From: Nitrospira sp.
Lineage (GTDB): Bacteria; Nitrospirota; Nitrospiria; Nitrospirales; Nitrospiraceae
DNA length: 60,642 nucleotides
Reading direction: 5' to 3'
NCBI GenBank assembly: GCA_003135435.1
Contig: PLBR01000102.1
Span: forward strand, 13,303 to 73,944
Part shown: positions 19,233-27,026 of the stretch, one piece after another
Numbering within the stretch: position 1 is the first letter of the stretch
How the letters are laid out: each line of letters starts with the position of its first letter
Program-made: the position numbers and the translations under genes
The notes under the pieces: model-generated
What the model saw: only the letters and a program-made list of their open reading frames with translations
Told to the model about the DNA's origin: nothing
Database searches by the model: none

Positions 19233-19528
19233 CTGTGTCCGTTACCGATCCTTCCTAAAGCGGCGCATGGCCGAATGCCGGCCACTCGTGGTCACGCGCG
19301 CGTTCTTGTTAAGGTGCGTCACACGTCTTGGTCGTTGGATTAATAACGATTCTGTTGCGATTGAGGCGATAAAGTGCGCGCGTGACCCACGCGGCATCGA
19401 CCGGCCACCTAATCTACCAGGCACATCCTTCCGCTTTCAGATCCTGAACACACGTCAGATGGGTGCCAATCACTACACCGCCTGACATCACGGGACGGAG
19501 CCTCTTCGCCGGACAGTGACGTGCATCA

Positions 19529-19766
19529 CTAGCAGACTGCGGAAAACCGCTGCCAGCCCTCCGGAAATCCAATGGTCCGCATGTCTGGGACAAGCCTGGT
19601 CTGTCTGGTTATCTGGTCTATCTGGTTGGTCTGGTCTATCCGGTCTATCTGGTTCATTTCGTTCAACCAAACACACGAGACAGACCGAATAGACCAGATA
19701 AACGAGACAGACCAGACAGACCAAGTGAACAAGACAGACTGGCGGACTTTTTCAGCATCCTGCTAG
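19529..19766. mobile_element. MITE-like element, family 1 (CTAGCAG..CTGAAAA..CCGCCAG inverted ends)
   Basis: Left end CTAGCAGACTGCGGAAAACCGCTGCCAG. Right end CTGGCGGACTTTTTCAGCATCCTGCTAG. The interior is a long imperfect hairpin of GGTCTG/GGTCTAT repeats. No ORF. Confidence 0.55.
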
Positions 19767-20218
19767 GAGCGAAATGGTTGAACATCACCTGGCATACGCA
19801 ACATTTTATTCACTTCATCCAGATGCAGCTCTTCACCGACGATCATCTCTCTTGCAAACTCTTCCAAGAGGACGGACTTTCCTTCGGAGAGTTTCAGCAG
19901 TTCGTAATAGGCTGCGATGGCGCCTTTCTCGTGTTCTAAGCTTTCGCGCAAGATATCTCCCACATCATGCTTCTCTGTTTCCAATAACGTTCCGATTTTC
20001 AGCGAGGGGTGGCCGCCTAATAAGGTGACAAGTTCCCCGGCTTTATGCGCATGGGCAAGGCTCTCGTCCGCATTACCTTTCAGCCACGACACGATCGGAA
20101 TACGGTTATACCCATAAACCATCAGCGAGTAATGCATATAGCGCACGACTCCTGCTAACTCATGCTCCATAATGCGGTTGAGAATACCTACCGCCCGCTC
20201 CGTTTCTTTATCGTTCAT
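19763..20218 (-). CDS. bfr: bacterioferritin-family (ferritin-like) protein
   Basis: ILNRIMEHELAGVVRYMHYS....G......WL...A.ESL.HAHK.GE.V..LGGHP and EHEKGAIAAY match a four-helix ferritin-like pattern. The stop TAG lies inside the repeat end. Confidence 0.7.
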   Translation of the reverse strand: MNDKETERAVGILNRIMEHELAGVVRYMHYSLMVYGYNRIPIVSWLKGNADESLAHAHKAGELVTLLGGHPSLKIGTLLETEKHDVGDILRESLEHEKGAIAAYYELLKLSEGKSVLLEEFAREMIVGEELHLDEVNKMLRMPGDVQPFRS

Positions 20219-20809
20219 CTCATGTCTCCTTTTGTATAAGACGCGCCGCCGACTCTCGACGTTGCGCTAGGAGCATGTCCGACACTGCCGTTCGTGACGA
20301 GGCGAAGGAGGCGCAGCCAGATGCAAGGCCGCAGGCCCGAAAAAACCGGAGGTGTATTCGCTGGAATACGGTGAGGATTTTTTCTGGCCGAGAACGACGC
20401 AGATGGCTTCGGATCGCTCGCCGCAGTAGAACGGTCAATGTCGGACAGGCTCCTAACATCATGGCATGGCGAACGGACATGTCCGCCGGGAGGCAAGTCT
20501 ACTGCAAAACTCTGCGCGTATCCACCAGCCTCGCTCGAAATACAACACGTTACCGACCCGAGCCCGTCAGCCGTCCAACCCCCACGGAAAAGGAGGGCAC
20601 GCGGTATAGAATAAGAGCGTATAGCTGAGAGGCCGCCCTGAGCTTGAGGCATGCCCATTGGACCTTGTCCCACGCGCCCAGGGAGGCACATTGCGCCCAC
20701 TCTCAGAGGTGAGTTACAGTGAAACCCCGCTGAGTTGGAGAACCGTGTGATGGGACGAGTTGCTGAATCCATAGAAGGACGATCATTGCTGAGACAGCCC
20801 GGCGCGATC

Positions 20810-22270
20810 ATGTTCGTTTCATGTTATGAGCTGGGTCACCAACCTCTTGGCATCGCTCAGCCGATGGGATTTCTCGAGCAAGCCGGGTTTGCGCCGGTCG
20901 GTCTCGACATCGCGGTTGAGAACATGGATGAATCGGCCCTCCGGCTTGCGCGATTTGTCGGCATCTCGGTCCCCATGCACACGGCGCTCCGGCTTGGGGT
21001 GCGGGTCGCCGAGCTGATCCGGGCGATGAATCAGGACTGCCACATCTGTTTCTATGGACTGTACGCCTCTATCAATGCCGAATATTTGCTCCAGGGGCTG
21101 GCCGATTCTGTGGTGGGCGGAGAGTATGAGATCCCGCTGGTTTCACTCATCGAGGCGCTCGATCGAGGGCAGGCAATCAGCCTTCTCGAAGGAGTTAGTT
21201 CTCGAAACCGGGTGGTCGGCCCTTGGTTGCAGCGTGGCTATGCCTCAACAGCCTCGACGATCCCGCACCCAATCCCGAGTCGCAGCGGACTCCCGATGTT
21301 GGACCACTATGCTCGGCTCCAGCAGAATGGCACGGAGCGGTTGGTCGGGTACGCCGAGGCCAGTCGTGGATGCCTCCATCGCTGTCTCCATTGCCCGATC
21401 GTGCCGGTCTATGACGGGCGCTTCTTCCTCGTCCCGGAAGCTGTCGTCCTGGAGGACATCAGGCGCCAGGTGCATGCAGGCGCGACGCACATTACGTTTG
21501 GGGACCCGGATTTTTTGAACGGGCCGGGGCACTCCATGAGCATCGTTCGCGCAATGCACGAAGAGTTCCCACGCCTGACTTTTGATTTCACCGCAAAGAT
21601 CGAGCACCTCTTGAAGCGCCGCACGCTGATGCCAGATTTGAGTGCTCAGGGGTGCCTGTTCATAGTCTCTGCCGTGGAATCGTTCAGCGACCATGTTCTA
21701 GATCTGCTTCAGAAAGGGCATACAGGCGTTGATATCATGACGGCGCTCGGCATTCTGCGCGAGGCCGGCATTTCGCTTCGCCCATCGCTCGTCGCCTTCA
21801 CGCCCTGGACCAGCCTGAACGATTACCTCCTTATGTTAGATATGGTGGAAGCGCACGATCTCATCGACGCGACCGATCCAGTACAACTGAGTATTCGTCT
21901 CCTTATTCCACCAGGGTCGGCTCTTCTCGCTAAGTCTGACATTCAGCGGTTCCTCGGTCCTCTGGATCAGGCCGGCTTTCAATATCCGTGGACACACCCA
22001 GACGAGCGGATGGATCGGCTGCATCAGGCAGTGCGTGCGATCGTGGAAGCCAGTGCCAAGGATGAGGAAGATCCAATGATGACCTGTGGTCGCATTCGAG
22101 CGATTGCCGATGAGATAGCAGGCCGTCACGCTGAGTCCTCGACTCGCACAAGGGTACGCAAGCCTGATCGTCCGAAGCAGCCTCGTTTGACAGAATCTTG
22201 GTTCTGCTGCGCTGAGCCGACGACTCAACAATTCAAACCCCTGCTAAAAAATGGGCAGGTAGAAATCTAG
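20810..22270 (+). CDS. radical SAM protein with B12-binding-like N-domain and C-terminal CCAEP tail
   Basis: ATG 20810. CxxxCxxC = CLHRCLHC at 21371-21394. C-terminal WFCCAEPTTQ, with the Cys-Cys at 22205-22210. Confidence 0.8.
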   Translation: MFVSCYELGHQPLGIAQPMGFLEQAGFAPVGLDIAVENMDESALRLARFVGISVPMHTALRLGVRVAELIRAMNQDCHICFYGLYASINAEYLLQGLADSVVGGEYEIPLVSLIEALDRGQAISLLEGVSSRNRVVGPWLQRGYASTASTIPHPIPSRSGLPMLDHYARLQQNGTERLVGYAEASRGCLHRCLHCPIVPVYDGRFFLVPEAVVLEDIRRQVHAGATHITFGDPDFLNGPGHSMSIVRAMHEEFPRLTFDFTAKIEHLLKRRTLMPDLSAQGCLFIVSAVESFSDHVLDLLQKGHTGVDIMTALGILREAGISLRPSLVAFTPWTSLNDYLLMLDMVEAHDLIDATDPVQLSIRLLIPPGSALLAKSDIQRFLGPLDQAGFQYPWTHPDERMDRLHQAVRAIVEASAKDEEDPMMTCGRIRAIADEIAGRHAESSTRTRVRKPDRPKQPRLTESWFCCAEPTTQQFKPLLKNGQVEI

Positions 22271-22310
22271 AATTGATTGAATAACATATAGTTGAGAGGG
22301 GGAACAAGAA

Positions 22311-23021
22311 GTGGAATCTGAACTCATGACACAAGGCACTCGGATCCAGGAACTGTTGGTGTTGAATCTACCGGCAGTGGCGATCGCGTTTCGAGACACG
22401 GCCCCTGCGGGCATTCCGCGGGTCACCGCCCCTGCACCGGCAGGATGCGGCTATTGGAAGTTGGCAGCTGAAGGTCAGGTCTTCTATACGGAAGCATCGG
22501 ATCACTATACCTGCCCGGTCGGGGCCCATACCCACGGTGTGGATCTGCCACCACAGGTCGCGACTGAGTTGAACGGTCTGGTGCAGACCATGGTTGGGAT
22601 GCAGTATCTCACGATGGCAGAAATTCCAATGATCCCGCGTCGCCAAGAGACCTTTCACGTATCCGTGTATGCGCCACTCACGTCGGCCACCTTCACCCCG
22701 GACGTGGTGCTGGTCCGCGGGACCGTCAAGCAGCTGATGCTGCTGGCGGAGGCGGCACAGGCAGCGGGTATTGCCGGCGGTGGCGCGACGATGGGACGGC
22801 CGACCTGCGCCGTGCTGCCGGAATCACTGCAATCGGGACACACGGCCACGAGTTTGGGCTGTATCGGAAACCGCGTCTATACCGGGCTCGGGGATGATGA
22901 AGGCTATTTCGCCATTCCCGGTTCAAAGGTGGCCGACGTGGTCAGAAAGTTGACGGTCATCACCGAGGCCAATCGTCAGTTGGAAAAGTTTCATCGAGCC
23001 CGGGTTGGGACTCCTTCTTAA
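22311..23021 (+). CDS. DUF169-family protein
   Basis: GTG 22311 after AGGGGGA (ATG alternative at 22326). VAIAF......G.......GCGYW..A..G..FYT...DH..CPVGAH and RPTCA.LP match my memory of DUF169/COG2043. Confidence 0.65.
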   Translation: MESELMTQGTRIQELLVLNLPAVAIAFRDTAPAGIPRVTAPAPAGCGYWKLAAEGQVFYTEASDHYTCPVGAHTHGVDLPPQVATELNGLVQTMVGMQYLTMAEIPMIPRRQETFHVSVYAPLTSATFTPDVVLVRGTVKQLMLLAEAAQAAGIAGGGATMGRPTCAVLPESLQSGHTATSLGCIGNRVYTGLGDDEGYFAIPGSKVADVVRKLTVITEANRQLEKFHRARVGTPS

Positions 23022-23037
23022 CACTCCAGGAGCCGAC

Positions 23038-24330
23038 ATGCCGCGACTCCTCCTGCTCTTGCCGAGCACGACCTATCGAGCAGAGGCGTTCCTCAATGCA
23101 GCCGGCCTGCTGCATCTCTCCGTGACCATTGGGATGGAGCGGATTCCCGAAGGCCTTCCTGTCTCGTCGGACGATGTCTTGCTGCTCGATGTTCGACATC
23201 CACAAGCAGCCGCCCAGACCGTAGTTGCATTCGCCCGAGATCATCCGATCGATGCGGTGATCGGAGTAGACGATGTCACTGCTGTCACAGCCGCCGCCGT
23301 GGCGGAGGCTGTGGGATTGCCCCACAACTCTCTCGCCTCCGTCACAACCGCCGGAAATAAACGGCAGATGCGTGAGTTACTGTCCGGACAGGGCATTCCC
23401 GTACCTCGCCATAAAGTGTTCCCCCTCGACGGTGATCCAATGGAGTTCGCGAAACAGGTCGTCTATCCCTGCGTCGTGAAGCCACTGATCCTCTCCGCCA
23501 GCTGTGGGGTGATTCGTGCCAATGACGAGGAGGAGTTTAGTGGAGCGTTCCATCGGATTGGTGCGCTCCTCACCAATTTGGGTCTGGTGGAACGGGACGA
23601 GCAGGCCCGTTGGATCCTCGTCGAGGATTTTGTGCCGGGAATCGAAGTCGCATTGGAGGGCTTGCTCACACAGGGGGTGCTTCAGCCTTTGGCGATGTTC
23701 GATAAGCCTGATCCGCTCAACGGCCCATTCTTTGAAGAGACGATCTATATCACGCCTTCCCGTCTCGCCTTCGACCTGCAACAGAAAGTTGTCGCCTGTG
23801 CATCTCGAACGGCGGAGGCACTCGGACTATGGGAAGGGCCGGTGCACGGAGAGTTTCGCGTGAACGAGAAGGGGGTGTGGGTCATTGAATTGGCGGCACG
23901 GGCGATCGGTGGGCGCTGTTCCAGAACTCTGAGCTTCGCCTCCGGCATGTCGCTCGAAGAGCTGATCCTCCGCCACGCACTGCGGATGCCACTGCCTCCC
24001 CTCACCAGGCAAGAACAGGCTGCGGGAGTAATGATGCTTCCTATTCCATACGGCGGCAGGCTGCGTGAAGTGCGGGGGCAGGCTGAAGCGAAGGCGGTAC
24101 CTGGGATTGTAGAACTGACAGTAACGGCAGAGACTGGAGATGAACTGGTCCCGCTTCCGGAGGGGACGCGCTACCTGGGATTTCTCCTGGCACGGGGAAA
24201 GACACCGGAGGAGGTGGAGCGGTCGCTTCGGGACGCGCACCACCAATTGACGGTTGTCATCAGTGCCTCGCCGCCAACCGCAGCCGACGCGTTGTCATCG
24301 TCAGCCCAATCCCGAGCCATGAGGTTCTGA
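23038..24330 (+). CDS. ATP-grasp domain protein (carboxylate-amine ligase type)
   Basis: ATG 23038 after AGGAG. Pre-ATP-grasp region, NK..MRE.L...GIPVP, YPCVVKP, LVEDFVPG.EVA.EG, GP.HGEFR....GVWVIE.AAR. Confidence 0.75.
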   Translation: MPRLLLLLPSTTYRAEAFLNAAGLLHLSVTIGMERIPEGLPVSSDDVLLLDVRHPQAAAQTVVAFARDHPIDAVIGVDDVTAVTAAAVAEAVGLPHNSLASVTTAGNKRQMRELLSGQGIPVPRHKVFPLDGDPMEFAKQVVYPCVVKPLILSASCGVIRANDEEEFSGAFHRIGALLTNLGLVERDEQARWILVEDFVPGIEVALEGLLTQGVLQPLAMFDKPDPLNGPFFEETIYITPSRLAFDLQQKVVACASRTAEALGLWEGPVHGEFRVNEKGVWVIELAARAIGGRCSRTLSFASGMSLEELILRHALRMPLPPLTRQEQAAGVMMLPIPYGGRLREVRGQAEAKAVPGIVELTVTAETGDELVPLPEGTRYLGFLLARGKTPEEVERSLRDAHHQLTVVISASPPTAADALSSSAQSRAMRF

Positions 24331-24332
24331 AT

Positions 24333-24361
24333 GTCAGGTTGCCAGATTCCTGCAGCCTGAC
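24333..24361. terminator. hairpin between convergent genes (possible bidirectional terminator)
   Basis: GTCAGGTTGC...GCAGCCTGAC has 9 of 10 paired positions. No clear U-tract on either strand. Confidence 0.3.
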
Positions 24362-24366
24362 GTTGG

Positions 24367-24801
24367 CTAGTTCGGCTTCTTCCGAACCTCTGCGGTCATG
24401 TTCCGCGACCACTCGTCCAGACTCTTACCCTGTGCCGTCACGTCCGGGAGATCGGTCATATCGTGCACCCATGCGCCCTGCACGACCTCACCATCGTCCG
24501 TCACGCCCTTCTTGATAGCCTCAAGCTCTTTATCAAACCGTTCGGGGGCTTGTTCAAGGATGCGCCTGATCTTCCACTTCGTCGTCGGTTTGCCATCCGC
24601 ATCCAAGTCACAACCGTAGTGGACGAGATCCACCTTTCCAGTGCTGAGCACCTTGGCTAACATGCGATAGGTCACGCCGGAATTAGACTGAACCAGCGCA
24701 GCCTTATAGAGACGCTCGCATTTGTCCGGATCCACCTCCAACGCCGTGAGATCCTCGATAACTTTGGCGGCAACTTCCGGGGCTGTATCGACCTCTCCCA
24801 T
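24367..24801 (-). CDS. hypothetical protein
   Basis: 144-aa ORF with plausible composition. No recognisable family. Confidence 0.55.
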   Translation of the reverse strand: MGEVDTAPEVAAKVIEDLTALEVDPDKCERLYKAALVQSNSGVTYRMLAKVLSTGKVDLVHYGCDLDADGKPTTKWKIRRILEQAPERFDKELEAIKKGVTDDGEVVQGAWVHDMTDLPDVTAQGKSLDEWSRNMTAEVRKKPN

Positions 24802-24975
24802 AGTAGTCTTCCTCCGTGCAGTGGGTTGAGCCTCATGGCAATACCAGCCGTAACCCTACCAGACTGTTCCTGAACAGAGCAAGACGAGCACAGGCTGCAC
24901 AGAGAAGAGCGAATGGCTGTGGCGTATAGCTGATGGGTCGGAAAGAGTACCGACTGTCGGAAAGAGGCGTCGGTC

Positions 24976-25129
24976 CTAGCAGGATGCTGAAAATGTCCGC
25001 CAGCCTGTCTTGCTCATGTGGTCTGTTCGGGCTGTCTGGTTTATTTGGTTGAACCAGACTAACCGGATAAACCAGATCAACTCAACAAGCCACGCTCGGC
25101 GAGGACGGTATTTTTGACCATCCTGCGCG
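24976..25129. mobile_element. MITE-like element, family 1
   Basis: Left end CTAGCAGGATGCTGAAAATGTCCGCCAG. Degenerate right end GGCGAGGACGGTATTTTTGACCATCCTGCGCG. GGTCTG/GGTTTA core. Confidence 0.5.
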
Positions 25130-25244
25130 CTGTTCAGATGCCATCAGTGCTCGCTTGCCGCGACATAGTTCCAGAGTTGCTCAAGAATGCTAGATCTCCC
25201 CCTGAGACTCCGATACACTTCTACTCCTTGAAAAGGAGAGACCG

Positions 25245-26117
25245 ATGCGAGAGGAACGGATGACCAACTATTATATGCTGCTCGAACTCTTACCCATCGC
25301 AACGGACGCTGACATCAAAAAAGCCTGGCATGAACAAATCCAGGTCTGGCATCCGGATCGCTTCAATCATTCACCGACATTGCATCGCAAGGCGGAAGCC
25401 CGGACACAACTGATCAACCAGGCCTATCAAACCCTCAGTGACCCCATCGCACGCACACGCTACGACGCAATCGTGCAACCTTCGTCCTCTCTCCAGCCGT
25501 CTCCACGCCCATACCCACAACCGTACGCATCCACTCCATCACGCCAACAAACCCCACGATCACGGGAGGCACGCGGACCGCAATCGCTCATCATGCTCTC
25601 ACGGACAGGCCAACCCAAACTCATGGTGCCTGCCATTCATCTCTACGTCGACCCTCGGGAGCACTTCCCCTACGACTTTCAAGGCTTCGTGCGCATCGCT
25701 GGAGCCATTCGAGAGTCCCTTCCAGCCGGAGGCTATGCCATTGCCGAAGCACCCGAACTCTTATGCATCAAGAGCATCGGCATGGAAGAACTCTATACGA
25801 TCTTCTCGAATCCCTCCGACAATCGCCTGCCCTTTCTTCACGACCTCGAACAATTTCTCGCCTTCCCCTCTCGTTTTCTTGTCATTGAAGGGACGCTCCA
25901 ACACCGCAAAGCCGGAGGTCGCCTCAGTCAATATCACAAGATTGGATTGATAGACTTCCTCGACGCCCTCACCGCGCGATATGGCATCCAGATCATCTAT
26001 GCAGATACGCGTGACGAGGCGGAGGAACGGGTTGCCAACCTCGCCGCCCTGCACTATGCCTACTATTTTGCCGAGCAACAGGGATTCGGGCGCTGTCTCA
26101 CAGAGAATGATTTGTAG
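25245..26117 (+). CDS. J-domain protein fused to a degenerate ERCC4-like nuclease-fold domain
   Basis: RBS AAGGAGAG. J-domain YYMLLEL......IKKAW.....WHPDR (HPD at 25350-25358). Pro/Gln-rich linker. C-terminal YVDPRE...LPAGGYAI....LCIKSIGMEEL resembles ERCC4 VDxRE / GDY / ERKxxxD with substituted catalytic positions. Confidence 0.7.
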   Translation: MREERMTNYYMLLELLPIATDADIKKAWHEQIQVWHPDRFNHSPTLHRKAEARTQLINQAYQTLSDPIARTRYDAIVQPSSSLQPSPRPYPQPYASTPSRQQTPRSREARGPQSLIMLSRTGQPKLMVPAIHLYVDPREHFPYDFQGFVRIAGAIRESLPAGGYAIAEAPELLCIKSIGMEELYTIFSNPSDNRLPFLHDLEQFLAFPSRFLVIEGTLQHRKAGGRLSQYHKIGLIDFLDALTARYGIQIIYADTRDEAEERVANLAALHYAYYFAEQQGFGRCLTENDL

Positions 26118-26297
26118 GAGCTGATGGCTGGTGGCAGGGAAGAAGAGCTTATGGGGTATGGCTTTAGCTGATGGCCAGATAATGTCAGAGGAAAAGAGAG
26201 TTGACCGTTAATGGCTCATGAGATGAGCAAAGAGAATTTTATCTGTGCTGTGACACGCTATCAGCCATATACCATCGGCCATTTGCTCTTCACTCCT

Positions 26298-26762
26298 TTA
26301 CACACTCATTCCAAATCCGAGCTGCCGCCACGCTTCGTAGATGATCACCGCCACTGTGTTGGAAAGATTGAGGCTCCGGTTTCCCGGAACCATGGGTACG
26401 CGGATACGCTGTTGTTCGGCAAGCGCCCCAAGAATCTCAGCCGGCAACCCACGGCTCTCCGGACCAAACACAAAGACATCGCCGGCGGCATAGTCGACCA
26501 GGTCGTAGCGTTGGGTGCCTTTGGTGGATACGGCGAACAGGCGGCGATCTTTCACGCGAGCAGCGCAATCAGCCCAACTTTCGTGAACCATAATCGTGGC
26601 AAATTCATGATAGTCCAGTCCTGCTCGCAGCAATTGCTTATCCTCCAGCGTAAAGCCCAGAGGTTTCACGAGATGCAGCCGTGCGCCCGTATTGGCGCAC
26701 AGTCGTATGATGTTGCCGGTGTTCGGGGGAATTTCCGGTTGAAAGAGTATGACGTCGAACAT
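26298..26762 (-). CDS. trmL: tRNA (cytidine/uridine-2'-O-)-methyltransferase TrmL (SpoU family)
   Basis: MFDVILFQPEIPPNTGNIIRLCANTGA.LHLV.PLGF...D..L.RAGLDY and FGPE..GLP....SLNLSN.VA..IYEA.RQ. Confidence 0.85.
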   Translation of the reverse strand: MFDVILFQPEIPPNTGNIIRLCANTGARLHLVKPLGFTLEDKQLLRAGLDYHEFATIMVHESWADCAARVKDRRLFAVSTKGTQRYDLVDYAAGDVFVFGPESRGLPAEILGALAEQQRIRVPMVPGNRSLNLSNTVAVIIYEAWRQLGFGMSV

Positions 26763-27026
26763 GCCGTGCGTGACTGGTATGGGAGACTGCTATTCCTAAG
26801 CCATCCGCTGAGGGGCAAGTCTACTGCAAAGGCCCACTGGTATCCACCCGCTCCCTTGGGGAGCGTAATTCGTGAAACGTGAAGCATACCTCGCAAGCCA
26901 GGAAAACCACTGCGTGCAAACGACGCGGAGCGGACGCGGTGGTTCATTTCACCATCGCATGGATTCTTGGTATAGTAACTCTCAATCAATGTCCCCCTGT
27001 TCATGCATAAATAGTTGCCATTTCAT

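Noticed and set aside
19570-19730. GGTCTG/GGTCTAT short tandem units as a possible CRISPR array.
   Set aside because: The units are 6-10 bp, degenerate and contiguous without spacers. They form the two arms of one hairpin inside a TIR-bounded element, and no cas genes are present.
20215-20811. 198-aa minus-strand ORF filling the bfr/radical-SAM spacer.
   Set aside because: It has implausible composition, no RBS and overlaps repeat-derived sequence. The region is treated as non-coding.
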